Shown here: in pieces, positions 1-12,600 of the stretch | How the letters are laid out: every line of letters begins with the position of its first letter | How positions within the stretch are numbered: position 1 is the stretch's first letter | Made by a program: the position numbers and the translations under genes | NCBI RefSeq assembly: GCF_006345805.1 | Contig: NC_043007.1 | Coordinates: 45,880,001 to 45,944,000, forward strand | Length of the DNA: 64,000 bases | Direction of reading: 5' to 3' | DNA from: Octopus sinensis | Lineage: Eukaryota | Notes under the pieces: model-generated | The model's input: only the letters and a program-made list of their open reading frames with translations | Database searches by the model: none | What the model was told of the DNA's origin: nothing

Positions 1-379
1 TACAATGGGTTGATTATGATATTTATCAGATGGAAGTATATCGATTTGCTTTGTAGAGACAGTGTTATTAGCATAATTTATGACCCCTATGTTTGAATAT
101 TTACATTAATACTGACTGTATCTAAAATAGAAACCAAACTTCATGTATGACATAAAAAATTCAAAATGAACAGAGAGGTTGAGCGCTCAAGCAACTGTTT
201 ATTTCAATCAACAACTCCACTACGAACACCATTCTCCTGTTTAAATAAGTACTTGTATAATTGTCTAAATTACCAGAAATCATGATGCGCATTAAATGGT
301 TCGATGGAAAGTGGTGGCTATAATGTAACATATCATAAATGGGAGGTTAGAGTAAAGATTAAAAATATCAAAACACAAA

Positions 380-445
<66 letters not shown>
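380..445. repeat. (ATT)n microsatellite
   Basis: Uninterrupted ATT triplet run. Confidence 0.95.
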
Positions 446-446
<1 letters not shown>

Positions 447-1637
447 TAGACATTAATATATAAAAATGTAGATTTTAACGTGGTCTAGTGACCCGTTCGT
501 TTGCAAATGTTATTTAAGTCAATGTGGTTTATATAAGGATTGAAAAGGAAGCAATCAAATTATTTATTACTAATTCTATAGGAAAATGGTAACATCGGGT
601 TTATTTGTTTATATCGACTACTAATTCCTTACATCTGTCTGTTGTTATTTAAACGTTACACGTCACGCAATTTTGACCAGCGGAACTCATCTCACGAAAG
701 TAATGGACGATTTCAAATATCAGTAATGGAAACGACGAAAACAAAAATCTGTTTCACATTTCAACGGCATCGTTCTATTCACTAATACTACTATTTTGAA
801 ACAAGTGATTTCATTACACATTAATTACTTTTTTATGTGCTCACTCATAAAAGTTTAGTTCCACAAGAGAGTCTGTATGAAAATAAAGACTATACAGTCA
901 ATGGTCTTTCAAATATCATTCTGTGTTCTTTTCTTTTCCTTTCCATTTCCTAATCTCTCTATAATATCATTTCCCACAATAATAAAAAAGTCACATAAAT
1001 GCTTCTGATGTAGAGGTATTGACACTGAAATTCCATTCATTAAGTTATTTTTAAAACGTTAAATATCTTTTCGGACAAGAAGAGTATTAACACAAGAGGA
1101 ACCAAGAGAATATACTTTCCTAACGTAAATCACACCAGATAACTTTAGCGGCGCCGTGGGTACTAAATGAAATACTTTTGATTATGTTTGTGCTTGAAAT
1201 TGTCCTCAACAATGTCAACCACATACTGCTTAGTATTTACTATTAATTCCTACTAGATTCATTCTTTTTCAATTTCAAGTACCATCAATGTACAAATCAA
1301 AACTTCGACGTAATATTACTATTCTGGTCTCACATCTATATTTTCTGTTTCAGTAAAATATAGTAGGTGTCATGCTAAATGCTAATTATTATTAGCATAC
1401 AATAATATCAACAGTTATTCAGAGCAGTCTTAATTGTTTCTTTCCTTTACGTAAGTAAAATATAAAATTTATTCCCATGAAACATAGCAATAGTGTTTAC
1501 TTATATGCCAGAAATGTTTCCAGGGGTGTATACGTAGATACATAAATACACAATGTTCGTATATTGCATAGGCGTTTCATTTACAAACGCTATATGTAAA
1601 GAAACGTGTAGACCGCATGAGTAAGTCCGGTCACGAT

Positions 1638-1835
1638 ACTCATTTACTCTTTTATACGTTTCAGTTATTTCACTGCGACCATGCCGGAGTACCGTCGTTA
1701 GTCGAAGAAATTGAACCTAAGCCATATTCTTTGGAAGCCCAGTACTTAGACTATCCGCCATTTTTGCCGAACCGCTACGTTTCGGGTGCATAAACACACC
1801 AACATCAGTTGTGGACGCATAGACACACATACACA
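1638..1835 (-). mobile_element. 3' half of tRNA-derived SINE family A, degenerate
   Basis: Aligns by eye to the 47561-47790 half of the full copy (tttcag..tgactgcg..catgc.ggag.acc...ttttgccgaaccgcta..aaacacacca.catc.gttg). Confidence 0.8.
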
Positions 1836-1857
1836 TAAATATATATACATATATATT

Positions 1858-2420
1858 AGGATTAGCTTTTCTAATACAAAAACAAAAAATCTCCCACAAA
1901 TTATCTCTCCACATAATATTAGTCTGTTAAATAAGAATCCAATTACTGAAAATAATAACATTAATTTAGCTAATAGTAACCATCCCCCTAGAAATATAAA
2001 CAGCAAGGCTATTGTCTCTGAAGTCAATTCCAACAGAATTAAGTTTATGTCTAGTAATTCTAAGACTAAAAACTCTATATACGAGTGTAAAATTACTGTC
2101 CTTTTTATATAGGTTGTTCTTCTCAGTTATCTAAAAGAATTTCTAATCATTATTGTACATTTAGGGATAGTAATAAACGCAACACTACAGGGCTTAGTAA
2201 ATTAATTTGGTATCTAAAAGATCAAAATAAGCATTTCAATTTAGATTGGTGTATTCTCTCCATTTCATCCCCATACGATAAAGGTAAAGAATTCAGCGAA
2301 CCCTGTAATAGTGAACTACTGTATATTCTATTTTCTAAGAATCCCCTGTTAAGCACGTTTATAGAGCGCGCTTATCGATGTAAACATAGGCAGAAACATA
2401 CCTCTAGTTCATATAGGTGA
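1858..2420 (+). mobile_element. Penelope-like element remnant: linker and GIY-YIG endonuclease C-terminus, frameshifted
   Basis: Manual translation gives ISFSNTKTKNLPQIISPHNISLL...SIYECKITV, then IGCSSQLSKRISNHYCTFRDSNKRNTTGLSKLIWYLKDQNKHFNLDWCILS...CKHRQKH* (TGA ends at 2420). This matches the PLE pattern YIG..R..H..SF....ST.LS...W.LK......W.I...CRH. Confidence 0.75.
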
Positions 2421-3354
2421 TATCTACCATTATATGTATAATTTGAACATTTATTTTCTTCTTACATTTCACTTCCACTAGATATATCTTTTGCCAAGCC
2501 TTTAAGCTTTTATTCTAATTCACATGTCGCTTTATATTTCCCCTTTATTAGTTTTGTGCTTATTTCTTTCCTTTACCCCTTCCGTTCATCATTATACACA
2601 TCCATCGCATTTTGTTAAAATGTCTTATTCATGAGTTTAGTTTTTTCCCTGATAAGAAGATTACATTGTTTTACACCATTTTATTCCTTTTGGAATAATA
2701 CCAATGTTGCCTTCAAAAAGTATATCGGAAGTAAAAGAATTTAAATAACATCTGCGTTTAACTCCATTTATTTATTTATATATATATTATACAAACTATT
2801 TCCCGTCAACCCGGAGTTTCTAACTTTACAAACAGGGTGTTACGTCCTTATTACTCTTTCACATTCGTATTGCTTAAGTTAACATTCGTTTGGTTCATTA
2901 TTTTTATTTTGTATTTTTATTCGTATTTTTATTCATATTTTTTACTCATATTTTTTATCCTCTTTTATTCCTTAAATTTCTATTCCTTAAATTTTTAAGG
3001 TTCATTCGTTATTTTTATTGTTATTTTTATTCATTAATTTGTAAAGTAAAATTATGTTAACGATTTTTAGTTAAATAATTTCAATTATCATAGAGTTATA
3101 TAAGATGTAGATAGAGTAAGAAATGTGTAGAATCCAGACCTGAAGATTTGGGAGTACGTCGATCTAATTGAGTATTGAGACTAGAGACCTAATTATATCT
3201 CAACGATACTGACACATGTCTTTAAAATGGAAAATATGGGATTCTATATAGATATAGTAAGTATCATATTTGATATTTTATGGCTCGGTCGGGTATAATA
3301 TCTTTCAAAGTTGAGTTGAGGGTGGTTCTGTCTCTAAAACTAATTTTATATATA

Positions 3355-3388
3355 CATACATCGATACATACATACATACATATATATA

Positions 3389-3440
<52 letters not shown>

Positions 3441-3487
3441 TATATATATATACACGTATAAACACACACAGACATATATAGATATAC

Positions 3488-3537
<50 letters not shown>

Positions 3538-3568
3538 TATACATATCTATATATATATATATAATATA

Positions 3569-3611
<43 letters not shown>

Positions 3612-3630
3612 TATATATATATATATATGT
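3355..3630. repeat. interrupted (TA)n microsatellite
   Basis: Long TA run; source of spurious YIYI ORFs. Confidence 0.95.
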
Positions 3631-3723
3631 TCCTTCTTTCCTTCTTTCCTGAGCGTCCAATAATACTATATTTGTTCGACGTCCTCGCGTTGTTGTGTTT
3701 TTTTGTGCTTTCTTGTTTGGATT

Positions 3724-3799
<76 letters not shown>

Positions 3800-3800
<1 letters not shown>

Positions 3801-3970
3801 AAGGGAGACGAAGACAGATGATGTAGACATCAAACAGCTGTATTAGTCTAACACTCGGAGAGTGAAAAAGTATTTAACGTTTCGAGCCTACGATCTTCCA
3901 CAGAAAGAAACACAGAAAGAAACATGAGGAGAAAGTAAAAAATGTTTAGTGGCTAGCGATCTATCATGGT
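3800..3970 (-). mobile_element. Penelope-type terminal repeat (pLTR-like) with variant minimal hammerhead-like motif
   Basis: Reverse complement matches 5474-5640; contains CTGTGGA-AGATC-GTAG-GCTC-GAAACGTT at 3870-3907. Confidence 0.6.
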
Positions 3971-4016
3971 GAATGGTCTATGAATGCATATTATTTTGAT
4001 GTTTTGAAAGGAGAAT

Positions 4017-4278
<262 letters not shown>

Positions 4279-5473
4279 CAACTACGGTGCTAGTTGAATA
4301 ATATTCTTGAGGACATAATTTCCTCACATGCAGCGTCTTTCAGAGCTTGTCGCTTATTTTAGTTTTTTACCAACTTCAAAACTGTTAATATGTTTGACGA
4401 GCACTGTTCTTTAGTTACATTTTGGCATAAACAATCGAGATTTGTTTCAGTAGAAAATAGTTTAGATCAAAATTTGTAGAAACGTTATAGGAGATTAAGT
4501 GACGCCACCGATCACGTTTAGATCTAAATAACTTTTTATTTTGAATGCAAAATATATTTATCTTATCTTCACTGTTAGGAGATAACATGAGGAATTTCAT
4601 GCAACAAAAATTTGTATCGAAACTGTTGTGAGGTAAAATAGCATGGAGAAAATATAAATAAGGCAAAAAATTGAATTTAAGTATAATTAACGTTTTAAAA
4701 ATTTTAGCAACAAACTCTATTTTGATTAATCTTAAATGATAGAGCTCGATTCGCGGAATGTTATCGTATCAATCCTATGCAATGAAGTTTTAAAAGAAAA
4801 ATGTTATGAGTGTTTGTTTCTTAAATTTAAGGGTGATAATATAATTCTATACTTTTTTCTGAATATAGTTCTATAAGGGAACTTAGAATATATGTCACCG
4901 GCATCATTGGGGTAAGGAAATCGTTATCAACAACACCGCTAATTGACACATTTGACACATTATTAATTAGCATAATTAGGATAAAACTTTGATTACATGG
5001 ATTACGAGCATGAGAAACAATATTCTTAAGAATATAAAGCTGGACAAGTACCGGATAATTTATTACACTTGGTAATTTCAGAACAATTAATTACATCCGA
5101 TAAAGTACAGAACAAGAAAATATTTACTTAAAATATTGCATCTAAGGATAACATTTGTATATTAAATTGTTTTTTTAATTTTAATTTACAAAGTAACATT
5201 ATAATTAAGAAAGGGACCATCATTTTGTTAAAATACTGAGTCACTAGAATACTTAATAAATGAGTGAAAGAAATATAGCAAAAGTTTTATGCAAAGTATA
5301 TGGTAGGCAAATTCATTATGTAAAAAATTGGCAGCGTGAAGACTTGGCAATAACTTAGGCAATAACTCAAGCACATTTTACTATGGATTTGTTGTTATAG
5401 GTAGATTTTACTGTAATATATAACTAATTTCTGTATTATTCTATTTATTGTACTAAATGTTTATGTACTACTA

Positions 5474-5660
5474 TGATAGATCGGTAGCCACTACACACAT
5501 TTTTTTTATCTCCTTGTTTCTTTTTGTGTTCCTTTCTGTGGAAGAGCGTAGGCTCGAAACGTAAAAGACTTTTTCAATTCCCGAGCGTTATACTAACACA
5601 TCTCTTTGTTTTTTACACCACCTGTCTTCGTCCTTTGTTTTTTTCGTGAATTCTCCCTAT
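5474..5660 (+). mobile_element. Penelope-type terminal repeat (pLTR-like) with variant minimal hammerhead-like motif
   Basis: 5532-5567 reads CTTT CTGTGGA A GAGC-GTAG-GCTC GAAAC GTA AAAG: stem I CTTT/AAAG, stem II GAGC/GCTC, ACGT palindromic stem III. Inverted homologue at 3800-3970. Confidence 0.6.
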
Positions 5661-6103
5661 TATATTTTATAAGCTATTTCCAAATTTCTAATTAATAATT
5701 GAGAAGTCCAAAACCTATTTTAATTGAATTATTTTAAATTTTTAATAGACGTAACATATAATAACTTGTAATATTATTTTTCGACGTAATGAAAACTAAT
5801 ATTTTCTAAATCTAAATATTTTATTTGAAATGTTATCCTTAGCTGCAATAATTTGAAGTAAAAGTTTCCTTGTTTTGTACTTTACCAGATGTAATAACTT
5901 GCCCTGTACTTTTCCAGGTTTATAATCTTAAGATTTGTATTTCTCTTGCTAGGTAAATTTTAAATCCGAAAATGATGCACACACTAAGTTATAGAGCAGT
6001 TTGAATATTAAAAGATAGAGATGGCCAGTCTTTGAGGTTACCCTGGGTTTATGGACGTGAAACAAAGGTAATGTATTAGACAGGCCATATATATCTATCT
6101 GTA

Positions 6104-6170
<67 letters not shown>

Positions 6171-7407
6171 AGTAATAATATCTACTAAAATGTTAAGCAT
6201 AAATTCCCATACAAACTGCTGCTACCCACCCTGTCGTGTTCGCATGCATGCAAACACAAATACACATTTACGAGTACACATACATGTATATTTCCTTGCA
6301 AATGTGTGCATGAGTGTATGGATCGGAAGCTACGTTTAAGCATAATGTACCTTTTGACGGTTTTTGTCGCCTTTTGCTTCATATTGCAGCTTGTGTTCGC
6401 GCAGCTAATTTGTGTAAAGAAGTATCAGATTCGTTTGTTATACAATACTTGTGACGATTATTTTCCTGGTTATTTTGTAATTACTCACGTTATGTCATCA
6501 TTCTTAGCGAGTATGATGGGCTTTTAATTTTTAAATGTATCCTAAAATTTCCATGCATTGAATACGACTGTATTTTCGATGGCAGACCGCATATTGAATC
6601 CTAGTGTCGGATTAGCATTTGTCCATGTGGCCCAATGGTCGTTACTAATAATAAAATATTGTAAACGAGCCAAAATACCACACTGCTTGCGTGTACTTTA
6701 CGAGGAATTGGTTCCGATACGTCGTTATTTACGTAGAAAGTTCACATCGCCCTATTATACGTCTTTCCGTTGCATATATAACCCACACTAGTGATATGTT
6801 TTACGTTATTTAATGGTTGGGTTATTTTTAAGAAATAGGTTTAATTATCTAAATATACTCCTCTGAGAAAGCTGAAAGGTAAGTTAGAAATTTATCTGCT
6901 TCTCAGCTACTTGCAATGATTGGATGGCATAAAAAAACTTGTAGTTGTCTATTCCTGTGGTGCTCTTTTGCACTAACAGACACACGTCATAGCTAAAACT
7001 GGTAGTAATGTGTGACAATTGTTTTGATCGAAATATGAATAATTATACGGTTATCTTCAAGAACATAAGACTAAATTGTAATACTCTATAGCCTAATGTA
7101 TGATGACTTTTATTCCACTACACTACACTGACACAACGTATATCTATACGGACACAATAATATATTTTCCCCTACGAAATCATTGTAGTATTTTTCAATA
7201 AGTGTATGTTGAAAGATAATATCTGTGTCACCCCCTAAAAAAAATACGCGCATAAAATGCGTGAGCAATTGTACGCCAGCGCGTACTGTGCGCCGACAAA
7301 TGCGGCTATTTGAAGGCATATACTCATATATTCATATACAGACATATATATATACACACATATATAGTATATATACTCTCTCCCTGTATATTTATATGCA
7401 TATATAT

Positions 7408-7709
7408 GTGGAAGCGCAATGGCCCAGTGGTTAGGGCAGTGGACTCGCGGTCATAGGATCGTAGTTTCGATTCCCAGGCCGGGCGTTGTGAGTGTTTACT
7501 GAGCGAAAACACCTGAAGCTCCACGAGGCTCCGGCAGGGGTGGTGGGGAACCCTGCTGTACTCTTTCGCCACAACTTTCTCTCACTCTTTCTTCTGTTGG
7601 CCTCCTTGCTTAGCCAGCGGGGCGGCATCATCTGAAGGCTAAAACAATGTGAGGCGCATTGTGACCAGCGATGTAGCAACATCTGATAGTCTGGTCGGTC
7701 ACGGTGAAG

Positions 7710-7712
<3 letters not shown>
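7408..7712 (+). mobile_element. tRNA-derived SINE, family C
   Basis: A-box TGGCCCAGTGG and B-box-like GTTTCGATTCC in a tRNA-like head, then about 230 bp of body ending at a (TA)n tract. Confidence 0.8.
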
Positions 7713-7767
<55 letters not shown>

Positions 7768-8294
7768 AAATTGGACAAAGACGAAAAGCATCTAAATAGT
7801 TAACTGATACAAGAAAAGGACTATAAAACATCCAGATAGACGATACAAAGAAAGAAAGGAAGGGTCATTCGGAGTTTTCTTTACAGATTATCTTTGCAAT
7901 TTCTGTGGCACTACCTGTTCATAGATAGATACGTTCAGCAATAATCGAGGCAAAAAAACAACGTGATAAAAGTTCACATATGTTTGAGAGGTATTTGAAC
8001 AATTAGAGTAACTTTAATTCCTGTTTATCATGAAGGAATTTTCTCGCTGGAGGCAAAAAAAAAAAAAAAATTCTAAACTCAACATGGTCATTTCAAAGCG
8101 CCTCTTTTTGGACTGTTACATTTTGAAGTAGTTACCTTTTCATCAGCACTAGTTGACAAAAGGAGGGAAATCTAAAATAGGACACAAGGTTACACACGCA
8201 CACACACATACATATATACATATAAATAAATACGTCTACATACATATATATACATGTATATGTTATATGTGTGTATATACATATATATATACAT

Positions 8295-8339
<45 letters not shown>

Positions 8340-8824
8340 CATATATACACACACATACTCACCCATACATACATATATATATATATGATCTAAATTGTTA
8401 ACAGCGCACTTCAGCTGCCAAGCCATAGTAAATTCAGTATTAATTGAACTACAAATTGAATGAGAGAAAAGGAAACTTGATACCAGATAAGATATGGCTG
8501 AGAGATATTTGAACCCACAAAACAGCTTTTCATTGGGATTATCATTGCGAAGTACGCCCACGTGGGGCGCAATGTGTAACAGCACTATGGTCAGTTTAGT
8601 ATAACTTTCCTTGGGGGAGACAAAACTTTATTCCATCACAACCTACAATGAGAAACAGTTTTATAGTTTCCAGCAGGTTTCAAATATATTTGTAACAATA
8701 TTGACTTCTTATTTATTTATAGCTATACGTGTGAGCATATGTGTAAGTACATGTTTGTGAGTATGTTTGTGTATGCATGTATATCCGGCGAGTTTTAATG
8801 CAGTTTCCAGTTAATAAATTTTAG

Positions 8825-8868
<44 letters not shown>

Positions 8869-9092
8869 TCAATATAGGGTGGTGAAAAAATTTTTGTAGA
8901 ATTCTTTTTGCCACCAGCGGCCTAGTGGGAAAAAATTAAATAGTCGTAGACCATTTTTAAGTTCAACATCAACAATCAAGGAACGGCCATAATAGGCCAT
9001 TCACCCACTAGAAATAACAGCCAAAGCTTCAACCGCAAATAAAGATCAATTCCGTAAACAGGAGAAAATTAAAAAAAAACATTTACCCTGTA

Positions 9093-9199
9093 ATTTCTTG
9101 TACGATGCACCGTTTCGTCTGCTGTTTAATGGTAAACTAACCTGATTAAATTAAATCAAGCCAATCTTCCATAGGCCCTCAGATTCTTCAGCAAGAAAT
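9093..9199 (-). ncRNA. type I hammerhead ribozyme in the inverted array unit
   Basis: Exact reverse complement of 9496-9602. Confidence 0.75.
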
Positions 9200-9495
9200 A
9201 GCCAAGTCGGAACAGATATTTTCACGAGGCATTTCCGACCCTGCCAAGGCAATATCTGACCAAAAATTTTCAAATCGTCGCACTCGCGCCAAATTTATCG
9301 GCAGCAAATAAATATAAGCCGTCGATTCCATTACGGAATTAACCAGAAAATTCATAATTAATCAATATAGGGTGGTGAAAAAAATTTTGTAGAATTCTTT
9401 TTGCCACCAGCGGCCTAGTGGGAAAAAATTTTAGGTCAGATATTGCCTTGGCAGGGTCGGAAATGCCTCGTGAAAATATCTGTTCCGACTTGGCT

Positions 9496-9602
9496 ATTTC
9501 TTGCTGAAGAATCTGAGGGCCTATGGAAGATTGGCTTGATTTAATTTAATCAGGTTAGTTTACCATTAAACAGCAGACGAAACGGTGCATCGTACAAGAA
9601 AT
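9496..9602 (+). ncRNA. type I hammerhead ribozyme, first of 8 plus-strand copies
   Basis: Stem I ATTTCTTG(9496-9503)/CAAGAAAT(9595-9602). Core CTGAAGA 9504-9510. Stem II closed by A.C then TCTG/CAGA (9511-9515/9574-9578). GAAA 9579-9582. Stem III ACGG-TGCA-TCGT. Cleavage triplet GTA, cut after 9594. Other copies: 9989-10095, 10480-10586, 10972-11078, 11464-11569 (GAAA reduced to GAA), 11954-12060, 12446-12552, 12938-13044. Confidence 0.8.
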
Positions 9603-12600
9603 TACAGGGTAAATGTTTTTTTAAATTTTCTCCTGTTTACGGAATTGATCTTTATTTGCGGTTGAAGCTTTGGCTGTTATTTCTAGTGGGTGAATGGCCT
9701 ATTATGGCCGTTCCTTGATTGTTGATGTTGAACTTAAAAAATGGTCTACGACTATTTAATTTTTTCCCACTAGGCCGCTGGTGGCAAAAAGAATTCTACA
9801 AAATTTTTTTCACCACCCTATATTGATTAATTATGAATTTTCTGGTTAATTCCGTAATGGAATCGGCGGCTTATATTTATTTGCTGCCGATAAATTTGGC
9901 GCGAGTGCGACGATTTGAAAATTTTAGGTCAGATATTGCCTTGGCAGGGTCGGAAATGCCTCGTGAAAATATCTGTTCCGACTTGGCTATTTCTTGCTGA
10001 AGAATCTGAGGGCCTATGGAAGATTGGCTTGATTTAATTTAATCAGGTTAGTTTACCATTAAACAGCAGACGAAACGGTGCATCGTACAAGAAATTACAG
10101 GGTAAATGTTTTTTTAAATTTTCTCCTGTTTATGGAATTGATCTTTATTTGCGGTTGAAGCTTTGGCTGTTATTCTAGTGGGTGAATGGCCTATTATGGC
10201 CGTTCCTTGATTGTTGATGTTGAACTTAAAAATGGTCTACGACTATTTAATTTTTTCCCACTAGGCCGCTGGTGGCAAAAAGAATTCTACAAAATTTTTT
10301 TCACCACCCTATATTGATTAATTATGAATTTTCTGGTTAATTCCGTAATGGAATCGACGGCTTATATTTATTTGCTGCCGATAAATTTGGCGCGAGTGCG
10401 ACGATTTGAAAATTTTAGGTCAGATATTGCCTTGGCAGGGTCGGAAATGCCTCGTGAAAATATCTGTTCCGACTTGGCTATTTCTTGCTGAAGAATCTGA
10501 GGGCCTATGGAAGATTGGCTTGATTTAATTTAATCAGGTTAGTTTACCATTAAACAGCAGACGAAACGGTGCATCGTACAAGAAATTACAGGGTAAATGT
10601 TTTTTTAAATTTTCTCCTGTTTATGGAATTGATCTTTATTTGCGGTTGAAGCTTTGGCTGTTATTTCTAGTGGGTGAATGGCCTATTATGGCCGTTCCTT
10701 GATTGTTGATGTTGAACTTAAAAATGGTCTACGACTATTTAATTTTTTCCCACTAGGCCGCTGGTGGCAAAAAGAATTCTACAAAATTTTTTTCACCACC
10801 CTATATTGATTAATTATGAATTTTCTGGTTAATTCCGTAATGGAATCGACGGCTTATATTTATTTGCTGCCGATAAATTTGGCGCGAGTGCGACGATTTG
10901 AAAATTTTAGGTCAGATATTGCCTTGGCAGGGTCGGAAATGCCTCGTGAAAATATCTGTTCCGACTTGGCTATTTCTTGCTGAAGAATCTGAGGGCCTAT
11001 GGAAGATTGGCTTGATTTAATTTAATCAGGTTAGTTTACCATTAAACAGCAGACGAAACGGTGCATCGTACAAGAAATTACAGGGTAAATGTTTTTTTAA
11101 ATTTTCTCCTGTTTACGGAATTGATCTTTATTTGCGGTTGAAGCTTTGGCTGTTATTTCTAGTGGGTGAATGGCCTATTATGGCCGTTCCTTGATTGTTG
11201 ATGTTGAACTTAAAAATGGTCTACGACTATTTAATTTTTTCCCACTAGGCCGCTGGTGGCAAAAAGAATTCTACAAATTTTTTTTCACCACCCTATATTG
11301 ATTAATTATGAATTTTCTGGTTAATTCCGTAATGGAATCGACGGCTTATATTTATTTGCTGCCGATAAATTTGGCGCGAGTGCGACGATTTGAAAATTTT
11401 AGGTCAGATATTGCCTTGGCAGGGTCGGAAATGCCTCGTGAAAATATCTGTTCCGACTTGGCTATTTCTTGCTGAAGAATCTGAGGGCCTATGGAAGATT
11501 GGCTTGATTTAATTTAATCAGGTTAGTTTACCATTAAACAGCAGACGAACGGTGCATCGTACAAGAAATTACAGGGTAAATGTTTTTTTAAATTTTCTCC
11601 TGTTTACGGAATTGATCTTTATTTGCGGTTGAAGCTTTGGCTGTTATTTCTAGTGGGTGAATGGCCTATTATGGCCGTTCCTTGATTGTTGATGTTGAAT
11701 TAAAAATGGTCTACGACTATTTAATTTTTTCCCACTAGGCCGCTGGTGGCAAAAAGAATTCTACAAAATTTTTTTCACCACCCTATATTGATTAATTATG
11801 AATTTTCTGGTTAATTCCGTAATGGAATCGACGGCTTATATTTATTTGCTGCCGATAAATTTGGCGCGAGTGCGACGATTTGAAAATTTTAGGTCAGATA
11901 TTGCCTTGGCAGGGTCGGAAATGCCTCGTGAAAATATCTGTTCCGACTTGGCTATTTCTTGCTGAAGAATCTGAGGGCCTATGGAAGATTGGCTTGATTT
12001 AATTTAATCAGGTCAGTTTACCATTAAACAGCAGACGAAACGGTGCATCGTACAAGAAATTACAGGGTAAATGTTTTTTTAAATTTTCTCCTGTTTACGG
12101 AATTGATCTTTATTTGCGGTTGAAGCTTTGGCTGTTATTTCTAGTGGGTGAATGGCCTATTATGGCCGTTCCTTGATTGTTGATGTTGAACTTAAAAATG
12201 GTCTACGACTATTTAATTTTTTCCCACTAGGCCGCTGGTGGCAAAAAGAATTCTACAAAATTTTTTTCACCACCCTATATTGATTAATTATGAATTTTCT
12301 GGTTAATTCCGTAATGGAATCGACGGCTTATATTTATTTGCTGCCGATAAATTTGGCGCGAGTGCGACGATTTGAAAATTTTAGGTCAGATATTGCCTTG
12401 GCAGGGTCGGAAATGCCTCGTGAAAATATCTGTTCCGACTTGGCTATTTCTTGCTGAAGAATCTGAGGGCCTATGGAAGATTGGCTTGATTTAATTTAAT
12501 CAGGTTAGTTTACCATTAAACAGCAGACGAAACGGTGCATCGTACAAGAAATTCCAGGGTAAATGTTTTTTTAAATTTTCTCCTGTTTACGGAATTGATC

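Noticed and set aside
9437-9489. HDV-like ribozyme from the crossing helices upstream of the hammerhead
   Set aside because: There is no P4 or J4/2 catalytic C segment between the two 3' strands and no convincing P3/L3. Kept only as a possible pseudoknot.
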